64,000 nt of DNA from Lingula anatina (Eukaryota; Animalia; Brachiopoda), in contig CM120642.1 in NCBI GenBank assembly GCA_051362555.1, positions 12,648,001 through 12,712,000 on the forward strand, in the 5' to 3' direction. Below, piece after piece: positions 14,829 to 27,928 of the stretch; within the stretch, counting starts at the first letter, position 1; the number at the start of each line of letters is the position of its first letter. The notes under the pieces are model-generated. The model ran no database searches and had not been told where the DNA came from. It was given only the letters and a program-made list of their open reading frames with translations. The position numbers and the translations under genes were made by a program.

Positions 14829-15479
14829 ATGGAGTCGCATCAGAAAAACCCATTTCATTTGCCCCCCTCAGGAGCGCTACCCAGTATTCACCATAGCACA
14901 CGACATACAGGCAACAGGGCACGCACAACCCGACCCGAGAGAAAATTCACCCATTTTTTATCCCCAGAGGCGCAACTTGCTATGGCGCAGGCCGAGGAGG
15001 ACACGGTTTCGATCCGGCAGACATCGTCTGCTCACGTTCGGTCAACTTCACCGCCTAAACGCCACCATGAGCATCACAAGAAGCGAAAACATTTAAATAA
15101 GCGCCACACCTCTTTTACGGAACTTTTCGAAAGAACGTCTTCTCGTTTAGACGGAGACATAACACAGCGTCCCCATACCCATCAACATCAGCGTGAACAT
15201 CACGGTCACCATAGCAACCACGGGTTCACACAAAGACGAGCACTGGGGGACCAAAAACTGGACAATGCCATGGAATTAGTCGAACACGTGAACCGTGACG
15301 AACCTTTTGCTCATAGACATCCCTTTGAGGAGCTTCTGGACGAGGATGATAAAATCATTGAAGAAATTGCCCGCAGAAACGCCCTTGATAAATGCCACGT
15401 TTGGATGCAATCTCAAGAACACTTTCACGAAAACCCCAACGGGCAACACGATGACGACGATCACCTACTCGATGAATGA
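14829..15479 (+). CDS. Uncharacterised His-rich, probably disordered 216-aa protein; CDS in a single exon
   Basis: Non-repetitive 651-nt GC-richer ORF in an AT-rich context. Preceded by a good intron 14504..14705 (GTGAGT ... TTTTTTTCTTTGCAG). 29 of 216 residues are His; basic patch KRHHEHHKKRK; acidic C-terminal part with EEIARRNALDKCHVWM. No signal peptide or known domain recognised. Confidence 0.75.
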   Translation: MESHQKNPFHLPPSGALPSIHHSTRHTGNRARTTRPERKFTHFLSPEAQLAMAQAEEDTVSIRQTSSAHVRSTSPPKRHHEHHKKRKHLNKRHTSFTELFERTSSRLDGDITQRPHTHQHQREHHGHHSNHGFTQRRALGDQKLDNAMELVEHVNRDEPFAHRHPFEELLDEDDKIIEEIARRNALDKCHVWMQSQEHFHENPNGQHDDDDHLLDE

Positions 15480-17778
15480 TGCCATTAAATGTAATTCTGA
15501 AACATTAATGTTAATTTATATGCCATCAGATTATGCTTCTGCACGGACCGATCTTATTATTCAAGAAACTACGAGATCATATTTCAGATATTAATCATTG
15601 AAAGATCGTGTCATTAGTCCTTTTGTGGACTAACAAGTGGTTTCGCTGTCACGATCCGAAAAGAGCAGCAACAGCCTGATAAGCATTCTTGAGAAGAATT
15701 AAGAAATGTCATTTGAAATTTACTCATCAATAAAACACATAATGCCTATTTTCTCTGTGGCATTTTACCTGCTAAGATAATCAAGTTGCTCAAATTCAGT
15801 AAAAAAATGCCATATACACCCGCTTATGGAGGGGGAAACGAAACATTATTTGCCAAATATCATAAATATAACCTTGCACATCAATCAGTGTTTTGTCTGT
15901 CTAGTTAGAAGACGTTTTAAAAAAGCGGAGGCATAGTGGCTTGGCGTAAATGCTTTTAAATTTAATTTGAAAGTATTTCCTGCCAGACCTGAAAGGACTA
16001 AAGTCAAATAGGACGAGCACGGCAAGTATTGATTATATGCCAGTTAGTGCATATGGGACACAAAACTCAATACTTCATTTGATCTCAGAACTGTAGTATC
16101 TAGACGTTTTCATTGTTATTCTAGTTTCATTGTTATCATGTCTGTCAAAGAAGAGATAAATTAAATGAGCAAACAGCTTCCATCCAGCGATCTTTGTCCA
16201 GAGTGCAACCCCTGCACGGAATGACACTAAAGTGACAGGCAACGTATTGGAAAAACTGCCATACACATGTACACAGTAATACAAATGTATGAAACGCACT
16301 GGCATTTGATAACGATAAACAAGTTGGTTAAAACAAATATCTCTCCTGTTTTAACTCTCGTTTTGTACTGAACAGAAGGCTCAGCCTCAGAATCCGTTTA
16401 TAAATAATCATTGTACGAATTCGACAGTACATTAAATGTTTAATAGTCATATACGTCTTAAAGTAAACTTTCTTTTAAAAATTGTTGTTGTCATTATTGT
16501 CGGTAATAGCTACGTGCCATCGTATTTGGATCAACTGCTCCTTGAAGAGTATTTTACTTTGCCTGGCAAACTTCTCTTTTCATCACAGCGTAAGAAAAGA
16601 AATAACTAATGCGAAAGCAAGGCAGCACCCCATTGACTCTATACCTACAGAACATACATTCTAAAAGTATGTACAAGCTAAAGAGAGTCTACAAATTTTG
16701 TGTAAATATCGGTTTCAAATTTTAAGGAATAATAGCCTACTACTGAAAAATGAACATAACGTACATATGAACCAAAGGTCTAATCTTTGATGGCCATTCC
16801 ATTCCGAAATTGTTTTTAATGATCAGTTATCTTAGAAAACCAAACTTTGAAGTACTGTAGTATATTTAGTGTTACTGTTTATGATTGTCAAATCCACGTG
16901 TATATCACGTGAGTGTCAATAAATTATCAACCCAGAATGTATATTAACAGTGTATGTTCTTTAATCCGTTTAAAATTACATGTAACTTAACAAAACAGTT
17001 TCAAAGCAATTTTAAAAACAACTTTATAGAAAACGTGTCTTAAGAGGTATTAAAGGAATACATTAAAGCTGTATGGACATTTTCACCCGTACTGTCAAAA
17101 AACTGTGGAGCACACATCACAGACGGCGGTTTGGATGAGAACCATTGTGCTAGCAGAATCCCAACTAACACACTGCCGTTTCTTGAAGACCGCTTTATCT
17201 GCCTCAGGTCCGCATCCAGCTGCTAATAGTGTCGAAGCAAGCAATCCTTTGATAGGAGGTAACGGACCATCCCCTGAGGTCAGTTTTATCACATGAGTAA
17301 AATCCAACCCACCTATAGGCATCCACAGAAATTGTCACCATATTTAATACTGATGCGAGTTAAACCTATATCAGGATGACGATGCAATTTATTTTGTGGA
17401 TATTTTAGTGGAAATAGCCTTTTGTGACTATGTGACTTTCTCTAAGATTGGTGATTGCGTTGGAGACTATATTTTTTCTATTTTGGGTCGTCATTTTGTG
17501 GTCTAATAGTAAAAAGACTCCCGTTTAAAAGATCCCTTGACTTTGTTGTACGAGGTACATAACGGTTCGTTACACCGTGAAGCAAACGCGCACGTATGAA
17601 GTGGTAATATAATATGAAGTATCTTAACATACCTACCCACCACACCCGCACATAAACCACACACTACAGGCAAACACGCATGCATGCACACACACATGCA
17701 CGCACATACTCACACATACCGCTAAGCAGTCAAACACACACGCATACATATCACAGACAAACATATGCACGAACTATT

Positions 17779-19995
17779 TTAATTGCCCTGTCGCAAGGAC
17801 TGTTCACCGTAACGAATCACATAGTCGGCTAGATCTGGAGCTATAACCCTCAAAATACGTATAAAACTTAGTGCCGGCAGCCAGGGTGCGAAAACCTCGG
17901 ACTGTCTAAGCATAGTGGCTTTCAGCAAGGCCATGGCAACATCTTCCGGAGTCCCCGTTGCGAAAGGAATATCGGGCCTGCCAATATACTTTTTCAGTTC
18001 TGATACGTGTCTCTCTGTTGCTGTAAATGAAAAACAATATGTCAATACATTACTGAAAATAATTTCATTGAAAGATAATGCAAATGAAAATTTCGTCTGA
18101 CGAATCATTTTATGTTTTTGTTATTAGACAAGTATACGTCCCTCTGAGTGAGTAGATTAATTCAAATACTATTTTCTGTGCCCGCACGCCACGTTGTAAT
18201 CCTAATTTAATAAAAATAGGAAAGTCTTGTATCTGTCTACGTGATATGTGAATATATCTACTCACCCGTGGAGCCGACGATTCCGTTTGTAATTGAAACA
18301 CTGGACCCCTGTAAGACCAGGTCCATGCGAAGAGCTGAGAAAAAACTACTAAGGGCGTGCTTCGACGATGAATAGCTCGCTACAAACGGCATCGGAATAA
18401 CACCTATAAATATTATAATATGAAATCTACTATGAAATGAAGGTCTGTATAAAAACATAGAAAAGCAATCATTTAAAAATTCTGTAAGCAACAGTCAGAC
18501 GAATTGACAAATTATTAGTAGGTCGAAATGTTACGATCATATAAAATAATGTTATATAACAAAATTTCAGAACTGAATCTACACGTAGTTCCTTGCATAA
18601 TCCATAGGCAAAGACATCTCACGTGCAAAATTAAGTAACATCACCATATCATAACATAACATCAACTGGCACTTTGCAAAATTACCTATAGCAAAGCGGT
18701 TGCCCTCACTTTCATTTTTTCAGCAGTACAAAAGAACGCTTACCCTTAACTTTACTACTCTCTGACCACAGGTGCATTAGTATTCTGTTTCTGTTACAAA
18801 TTTCTTGTATCGCCCACATTTTAATTTAGTACACTATTCCAGCAGACCCTGATAACAGAGGGTATAACCTTACCAAGAATAGAGGAGGTCACCCCTATCC
18901 TTCCCCCGCTCTTCTCTAGAAGCGGCATGAGGCGAGACGCCAGAAAGACGTGAGACATGAAGTTGGTATTCATCACCCTTTCATGCATGGTCAAGTTGTC
19001 TTGGTGCCCTGTCCACAACTCTAGTAGTTCATTATAGCCATGGTTCAGCATGAGGACGTCTAGCTTTCCATTAAAGGTGGACTCTGTGAACTGTGGGGAA
19101 TTAATAAATCACTGTTATTCATCTTTTATGAAAGGGGGGGGGGTATACATTTTATTCAGACACTAACTATGCATTTCAAAATTGGGTTTATAATAGTAAT
19201 TTTTCCCTTGCTGACCAAGTCGTTTTTCCTCTTTTATTTTATCTACTATATCGTAAGGCCGACAATTTCAGTTCTCAAAACCGTTTATTATGGGGCAGTC
19301 AACGACGGGTGCAGAGGGAGTGACGGTACAACGAATATGTGTGCCCCCCCCCCCCCCCCCACCATTAGCCTCGGAGGTATCGGAGGTATTGCTTTCTTTC
19401 TCCACAAAAAGTAAAAATGAGCAAAGCAGGACAAAATCAATTTTCCATACTGTGTGAAAGAATCCATTTTATTAGGATATTCAAGGTTACCTCAATAAAC
19501 TGACCAAAAGATGTTACCTTTTCTACTTCGTCCATCCTATTCATATCAGCCACTACATATTTGTGTACTTGTTTTCCACTTAATTCATTACACCTTGCAA
19601 CCACCTAAAATCAGAAGTTGGCATAAAAATTGAAAGTAACAAATATATACAGTATTTACAAACAAACGTCGGCTATCTCTTCCTATTTCGTTAAATTCCA
19701 CATACACTGCAATCTTTTGTTTTGCTTTAGATCACAGTGATCGATTAAGCTACAAAATATAAACCAAAGGTGGCTATTCGTTTATAGTTGATACTCGTTT
19801 ATCCTCTTTGTGAGTAACAGCAATTTTATTTGCATGAAACGTTATTCGTTACTGTTAAATTCGTCGACAGAGTTTTTATTGTCGCATTAATTATCCAACC
19901 GCGTCTACACAACGCACGTACGCTCTTAATGCGTTTTGGCAATCAGATGGGCCACATTCAGTCTCGGTATAGTGATATGGCATATTTTAAAATAT

Positions 19996-20072
<77 letters not shown>

Positions 20073-21132
20073 TGACTCTAAAAAAAACTATTCACGTCTG
20101 TATTCACTACTGTACCGTTTTTATCAAAACGCGTTTATGTGCTTGATCTAATATATTACCTTTACAGTTCTTATATTAGATGTGTTTCATGCACTGACTT
20201 TCCATATAATATCCAACCTTGAAACAAAATGTTGCGTAAAAAAAAGGTGGCACGTCATGTAAGGCTACGTTTACCTTCTTCAGCAGGTTCTCCCTGCGTC
20301 CAGTGACCACCACATTGGCGCCAAGCCGTGCATAGTGATAGGCCAGTTGTTCTCCAATACCAGAGGATGACCCCGTCACTAATACCGTCTTACCGCGAAT
20401 AGTCTCTAGAAAGACCAAAAAATTGTGGTGTTTCAGAAAATGTTTAGTAATAGCCTACTAAAAATGTCTCAACTTGTTACAAAAACTGACAACAAGTAGT
20501 TTAACGACTCAACACATTTGAATATAAATAAGTAATATTATTATTGCTATAAAATAAGATTCCCAAATCACCACACAAAACAATCCGAACACCAACTCAT
20601 TTAATTTTATTCGCACCAAATGAGTTTAAATGGCGATCCTGTTTAAAACATGGGGTGTACGTGTTGATCGTGCACGTATCAGACATGCATTAATTGGTTA
20701 TACGTATTAGTCCAATATACATGTACATGCATGTCCGTACTGAACATGACCTACTCCAGGGCATCGCCTGTGAACCATGGATTTCATTCGAATCCATTGC
20801 TCAATCCACGATAACACTAGGTCGTGGTCTAGAGTAGGCTAACTCGCCTATATTTGTCGTTACCGTAAACTACACAAAACTGCAGATCATGTTTCATGAC
20901 CTTGTGAAGTCCACACTGGATTTGTGATACAATTTGCCCCCCCCCCCCCCCGCCCTCCCCACCTCTTGCATTCGTATCTATATGGGTGTACAGGTGCAGC
21001 CTAAGGTTAATCCTGGCACCGATTGTCTCCTTATTAAAGACAATTAATCTTACCCGGGTCAAATGTATCGATGAGGCAATATGCGACGTAGCTTGCTAGA
21101 AGTACAACCAACACAGCCCCCGCTCTCGACAT
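17779..21132 (-). CDS. HSD11B1L: Short-chain dehydrogenase/reductase, 11-beta-hydroxysteroid dehydrogenase 1-like (306 aa)
   Basis: Exons 21054..21132, 20275..20405, 19491..19604, 18874..19090, 18266..18403 and 17779..18020 total 921 nt with consistent phases. N-terminal hydrophobic anchor MSRAGAVLVVLLASYVAYCLIDTFDPE; TGSSSGIG Rossmann motif; TGRR (NADP-type basic residue); LDVLMLNH (HSD11B1-type instead of NNAG); catalytic YSSSK. The symbol means family-level likeness, not proven orthology. Confidence 0.9.
19998..20067. repeat. (TA)35 microsatellite in SDR intron
   Basis: Read directly. Confidence 0.95.
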
Positions 21133-22264
21133 AACGCCTGTTGTGTTTATGTGACTTATTTCACTGTTAGGTGACCCAATATCACAATCCTCAGGTGTGG
21201 CTTGTCTTGGATGATCTGTTTGAATACGAGGCTCAGGTAAAAATCATGGAAAGGACACCCGAGGAATGCTGAAGACGTGGATAAAATGATCGTTTCTTTT
21301 CCACTCTTTGAACTAGTATTTACTTAACGAGCTAAGGGACGATAAGTGAGGTAGTACTCTAAATGCGCCATTTAAGTTTGTAGTCGCCAGTTGTGATGCC
21401 CATCAAGATAGCCATTTATGTGATCGTCTCGTGATGATTGCTGATACGTTTAAAACTCTATGATGAGTGTCCAAATACTCAGCCTATTTACATGTTATGT
21501 ATTGATTCATGTGTTTAATGGTGGTACGGGGTGTAAATGTGGCCATTTGGACTATGGATCTTCTTGTTCAGGTCAAGATTTCATTGTGACGCATTGTTCA
21601 GAAACTCTGCTAAAGTCTTGCTTCAGTTAGGAGTAACGTTAACGTTATCAGTACATCCAGTAGTACCATACGCGTTTGAAATTGTCTTATTCTTCCCCGC
21701 AAAACGTCTTATCTTTCCCAGTTCACACCTTTAAAGCCCTTAAATAAGAGCACCTGATTTGATGCAAAAATCCCAGATAGGATGCCCTTAGCCGCACAAA
21801 TATATATAGTAATTGCTAGAACATTTTCAGTCTGCAGCAACCATACATCAGTCAGACAGTGATTTATTACATATACCCCTGTGAATGCCTAAGTAACAGT
21901 TATAAGGTGGCACCAACAGGGCCTCGTCTATTTGTTGATTCAGATTGTTTTTCCCTTTCTTTCACAGACACAAAGTGTTATCACAGTTGATCTTTGCTTT
22001 TGGCACTACAGTAGAATATTTCATATAGACCTGCTGTATATGGGAACATTATATTTATGAAGTTAAACAGGCAAACCTATTAAGTTTATAAGTTTATTTG
22101 TATTCTTTAAGGTATGAGCACATTTTTAAAAAAGCAATTGATCATAGTTTTGCTGTTGGCAAATGTCTTATTATCAGTTGATATTTGCTTTTTTTCACAG
22201 AAGAGAGTCACATTTCATCATTATCTATATATGTGTTTCTAGGATAAGGAATTAACCTGCCACC
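21133..22264. promoter_or_regulatory. Head-to-head promoter/5'UTR region shared by the SDR and GALNT genes
   Basis: Divergent start codons lie 1.13 kb apart (21132 minus, 22265 plus). CpG-containing up to ~21750. Candidate plus-strand donors at 21237 and 21351, and acceptors at 22200 and 22242. Confidence 0.55.
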
Positions 22265-25200
22265 ATGAGAAGGAACACAAAAACCCTGTTAAAGTATGTC
22301 ATTGTGGCAGGTGTTTGTCTTGCATTTGGGCCTTTGCTGCTGAGGACATTATTTGGAGACAAGCCGAAGACCGAGGCTCTGTTAGACAGGGGTCTTCCTT
22401 TACCCCCTGGTGATAACCGGCATGAGAAATTTCTAGAGAGGCCTAAGGAAGAACAGCCTCTTGATGTTAGTATAGACATTTTTGTTTGATTGGCATTAAC
22501 ACAGTCACTGTTTTGATGCAGAATAAACAGTTTAATTTTTTATTGAACAAATGGATTATGATTAGTGAATTTTCATAATTATAATTTTGATTAATATAAA
22601 GGTACCAGTAATTTTCTATAAAATCTTCATCCCTTTGGACTGAAATTAGACTATTCTTAATACAAACTTTGAGAGCAGCAAAGGAGAAAATATATTGTAA
22701 TATATTAATGTGCAAAGTTAATCTGGTCAGCATGAAACATAATTTTTGATGTGACTGTCATTTATCTTTCCATTTTAGAATGAGCCTGTTGACCCTAATG
22801 CTAAAATAGACTGGCATGATTACAAACAAATTGCAGAAGAAAAAGAGAGAAAAGGTAAAGATGGTTATTTTAAATCATTAATAAAGATATGTGGTTATTG
22901 TGTACATAAGATTTTTAAATTATAATAATCCACATAAAGAGTGCATTCCCAGAGATTTAGATTAATCCATCTGGATCGACCTAACTCCCTGGGGCTTCAC
23001 GCTAAATTGCAGTCAGCCAAGCGCACACGACAGTTAAATACCCCTTTACAGCTTATAGTAGGCGGGACAGATGCTTAAGCCTACTAAGCTGACAGTAATC
23101 TAGTGAGACTCCCCTCAGGGATAGATAGATTAAAAATCTGTGGAAATGGCGTCTAAGTCTAAGAATTGAAACGGTACTGGGTACATATATATTAGTTTAT
23201 GGGTATAAAGTTGAACGTGAGATTTTTTTTAGGGGGGGGGGTGGAAGGGGGGTTGTAATTGTTAAGTAGATTAATATTCTAATGTTAATGTGTATCCAGG
23301 TCCTGGTGAACAGGGTTCAGCAGTGATTCTCAGTCCAGAAGAAGAGCAAAAGAAAAATGACCTTTATAAAGTCAATGGCTTCAATGCCTATGCCAGTGAT
23401 AAAATATCTCTAGACAGAGCTTTGGTGGATATAAGGCATCCAGAGTGAGTATGAACTCTCCAGTTTAAATTGATAGTGCTGCTTTATTTTTAGTTTTATG
23501 TCAGTGTGATTTAAATTGTGTTTTTACTGTAGAACATTTTAGATAATTTTTTCATGACTTATGAAAGCTTTAATTTTTTAAAAAAACTTGAATAGTACTG
23601 TAGTGCTCTGTGTCACCGTCAAAGTGACTGTCAGATTATTATTTCGGAAGCTGGCTTGCTGCTTCAATTTTAACATAAAAGAAGGTGATCCTGAACAATG
23701 ATGCATGATATTGAAAATTTTGTCCTTCCAGCTGCAAGCACAAGAAGTACTTAGCTAAGTTACCCACTGCCAGTGTTGTGATACCTTTTCACAACGAGCA
23801 CTGGACCACTCTCCTTAGAAATGTACATAGTCTAATCAACAGATCTCCCAAAAGTCTCCTGCATGAAGTTATCCTCGCTGATGACGCTAGTACAAAAGGT
23901 AGAGCAGTTTGGTCAGTGGTAGTCTCATGGCATGTTTTCATTCAACATGGGTAGACTTAACTCTTTACAACCATCTCAACAGGTTGTCTGATTTTGATTG
24001 GCTATAACCTGAGGTGGCCACTGTATGGGTACAAAACTTTCCTTTACTATAACAGGGACATGTGGGACAATAGCCAACAGTGATACTATTTGCTGGGCAT
24101 TGGGGGTTACCTGTGGTCATATTGCTGAGATGTATGGTACCAAGATAAGTCTGCCTAACTTTACTGGAAACATGCCTTCATAAATCATTAATTGGTGTGA
24201 TTGATTATCTAGATTATACAGATCCTAGAACTAGCTGGAAATATAGCATTTACTGCAAGGACACATTGCCTTGAAGTTTTTGTGATCAACCTTTAGATTG
24301 ATAACAATGGATTTAATTTATATTCACATAATTGCTTATGGAACACTAGTTTCCAGTATTTAAAAATATCATATACTGAATTCATATTGAATATATGATT
24401 TAATGATTTCAGATTTTCTTGGCCAAAAGTTAGACGATTACTTAAAAGAACATTTTACCAATGTGCGAACTGTGCGTGCAAAGAAGCGCGAAGGTTTAAT
24501 CAGGACCAGACTGCTAGGAGCCAAAGCCGCAACAGGAGATGTCCTCATATTTCTGGATTCTCACTGTGAAGCCAATGTGAACTGGTTACCCCCCTTGCTC
24601 GGTTAGTTGATGTCTACATCTTTTCTGGAGATATTTTAGAAAAAACCTCCATCTCCTTATGAGATTTAAGAAGACATTGTTAATTAGGTATTTTATCTAG
24701 TCTGTGAAACAATGTATATATTACTTTTTGGTTATCATTTTTCCCTACCAAATTTTGTACAATATATTATGTCTCTATCCTTATATTTAAGGATTTCATG
24801 GATTTTTAAGCTGGTGGTTTCCAATGTTTGCACTAGTTTATTTAAACACTTGTTTGGCTATTGATTTACCATGTTCATTCTTTGAATAATTGAAAAGAGC
24901 CAATGTGCTTCCTTCTTTCTTTTCTCCAGAGCCTATTGCCCAAAATAGAAGAACAGCAGTTTGCCCCTTCATAGACGTGATTGACTTTGAGAATTTTGCC
25001 TATAGAGCTCAGGATGAAGGAGCCAGGGGAGCCTTTGATTGGGAATTCTTTTACAAAAGATTGCCTCTGCTGCCGGAGGATTTAAGGCATCCATCAGAAC
25101 CTTTCAAGTAAGTTATGGGTCAGGTATCTTTTTATAATCAGCAGCAAGATATGGAGGGGGCAGTATTGAAGAACCATGTTTTATACCAGGTGTGGATTAT

Positions 25201-27928
25201 ATTTTAATCAAGGAGGTTTTTTTTATTGATTTGGACAAATGCTGAAGGAATACATGTGTATTGATTATACTCGAGTTTTATGTTTCTCATGTTTGTGAAT
25301 TTATTTTTCTTATATTTTGTCCAGGAGCCCTGTGATGGCTGGAGGGTTGTTTGCTATAGACAGGAAGTGGTTCTGGGAGTTGGGAGGTTATGATCCTGGT
25401 CTGGATATCTGGGGAGGGGAGCAGTACGAACTCTCTTTTAAGGTAATCTGGGCTGTTTTCATGGATAACACTGTCCATTGGATAAAGTTGAGGATAGCAG
25501 CCATTTTTAACCCTTGGATAGAAATATCATAGGCAAAAATAAGTATGTTGCTTGTGAGAAACACTACTTTACCGTTTAGAGGATAACAATTTTATCCAAT
25601 GGACAGTATTATGTCTGTTGATGAAACTGAGCCATGGTGGTTGGGTTAAAGGGTCTGATGGCATAAACTTTCTTTGAATATAACATTTTATACATAGTTC
25701 AAAATAGTCTGAGAATTATTTTTTTATATTGAGAAATGAATGCAATCATATGTTCATATATATGAAAAAAGTGTTTGATGATTTTTTTTTATTAAAACAA
25801 CAAAAAAGAAAAGTGCCTCATAAAATATGTATGACTTTTAAAAGACTGAATTACTTATTTCATTTTACTCATCAAAACAATGCTAATTTTAAAAAATAAA
25901 AATGCATGTATTAAAAAATGGATATACTATTTATTACCAGATCTGGCAGTGTCATGGACAGATGGTGGATGCTCCATGTTCCAGGGTGGGGCACATCTAT
26001 AGAAAGTTTGCACCTTTCCCTAATCCTGGCATAGGTGATTTTGTAGGAAAGGTATGACTTGGTTATTTACATAAGACTAAGTCAAAAGCATTTTATTTGA
26101 AAACAAAATATTCTCTTGAGAGCTTGAAATTATTTTGCTTTTGTACCCATGTTATATCCCCAAAAATGTTTTTTTTCAGTGGGTTTGATATTTTTTATTT
26201 TGTATTTTCAGTAAGTGAAATTAGTGAAAATGTTAGAATTAGTGACCTGACTTTTGCTTTTCCCTCACTTAATACAAAATCTTCAAAATAAACAGTGAAT
26301 ATCTTATAGTCTATTACTGGATGAATGTCAACTGTTATGTAAACAGTGATGCTATAATTTTCTAGAATGAATACTTCTGCATTCCAGAACTACCGTAGAG
26401 TAGCAGTAGTGTGGATGGACGAATATGCCGAGCATCTATACAGACGAAGACCTCATTATAAAAATATTGACCCTGGTGACCTCACTGAACAGAAAGCTAT
26501 CAGGCAGAAACTGAAGTGCAAACCTTTCAAATATTTTATGGAGGAGGTTGCGTTTGATTTGAAAAAATATTACCCACCTGTAGAACCCCCACCGTATGCA
26601 GAGGGAGAGGTTGGTCATTGTGTTTTTAAGTCTGGCCCTCTTTTACTTTCTTCACTGAAGTGACAGCAGGACATTATTTTCTTTTCTGTCAAGATGATTT
26701 TTTTTTTGCACTTAAACCTTTTATTTCTTATCTGCCAAAACAGAAACATGCATGAATATCCAATTCAGTAAATACTTTTGAGAAATGCACTATTCAAGAA
26801 TTTTCTTTAAAATGTGTTTCTAAAATCAATATTCAATCTACTGCCTGTGTTTGAGCAGACAGGTCATGCTAGTGAACTTTTTGCATCATACCTGTTACTG
26901 TAAATGTTTATCTGTTCTAGGTGAGAAATCTAGGCAGCGGGTTGTGTATTGACACCAGGTTTAGAGGACAGAATGAAAAGTTTGGTTTGGAGACCTGTAT
27001 TAGTGAGAGCCCTAAAGGAGGAGGGGAACAGGTGGGATACAATTACACTGCATTAATTACATGACAATTTTTTCCTGATAAATGTTTTTTGTGTAGTAGG
27101 AGTTATAAATATTTCATCTTGAACCACTGTTAATGTGATTAAAGCTTAATTAAATCTAATTTTAAAGCTTTGATTTTTGAGTTATTGTTCACCGATTTAT
27201 TACTCGATAACCCATTTAAAGGGCACCACTCAAAGTGTTTACGAAGGGTCCTCTGACAAAACATTTGGAGTGTTACAGGTTAACCAAACTTGACACTAAT
27301 TTTCAATTATACACCCAAAATATGTTCAAGAACTTACTCTCAATGTAATTTCTTGTTTTAGCAACTAGAGTTGTCCTGGCATAAAGATATCCGCCCAAAG
27401 AAAAGGAACGTGTGTTTTGATGTGTCCTCTTCTGTACATAAAGCACCTGTGATCCTCTTTGGATGTCATGGAATGCAAGGGAACCAGCTGTTTAAATATA
27501 ATTCAGTAAGAAGAGGTGTTTTAAGACGTATTTTTTAAAATTTAAATCACTTGCATCTATAAGAGAAAAAAAACTTTGCTTATCTGAAAGACTAGCAGAA
27601 ATGAAGTTTTTAAAATGAAGTTTTTAAATATTTGTGAATACTGTGTACATAGTAGTGAATTTTAAAATACAGTTCTTGCAATTCCTAGTACTGCTCCTCT
27701 TCTTAAAATCAAAAATTTTCCAGAACTTTTTCAAGATATTTTTTCTTTTGATTTCAGAAAACCAAGCAAATATTCCATCCTATATCAAACCACTGCTTGG
27801 ACAGTGACTCTGGCAACAAAGAAATATTCATGACACAGTGTGATGAAAACTTGCAGTCTCAGAAATGGACGTTTGAAAAATTAAATGCTGTAGAAATGAA
27901 AAAGCTTTGGAATGAACCAGTACATTAG
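22265..27928 (+). CDS. GALNT10: Polypeptide N-acetylgalactosaminyltransferase, GALNT10 / Drosophila pgant6-type (610 aa)
   Basis: Twelve coding exons: 22265..22465, 22779..22854, 23300..23444, 23732..23898, 24413..24601, 24930..25107, 25325..25442, 25941..26051, 26388..26609, 26921..27031, 27362..27505, 27758..27928 (1833 nt, all phases consistent). Kozak GCCACCATG; type II TM; KIDWHDY; FHNEH; REGLIRTRL; FLDSHCE (DxH); WGGEQYELS (the Q variant typical of the GALNT10 subfamily); CSRVGHIYR; ricin-B lectin with CID/CFD/CLD and QKW. Candidate AATAAA at 29665. Confidence 0.96.
22938..23154. mobile_element. MITE with imperfect TIRs in GALNT intron
   Basis: Left end AGAGTGCATTCCCAGAGATT versus reverse complement of right end AGACGCCATTTCCACAGATT. 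GC-richer than the host intron. TSD unclear (TAA-like). Confidence 0.5.
25449..25634. mobile_element. MITE with long TIRs in GALNT intron
   Basis: ATAACACTGTCCATTGGATAAAGTTG near the left end pairs with CAATTTTATCCAATGGACAGTATTAT near the right end (24/26 match). Outer ends TGGGCTGTTTTCAT / ATGAAACTGAGCCA are also roughly complementary. Confidence 0.7.
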
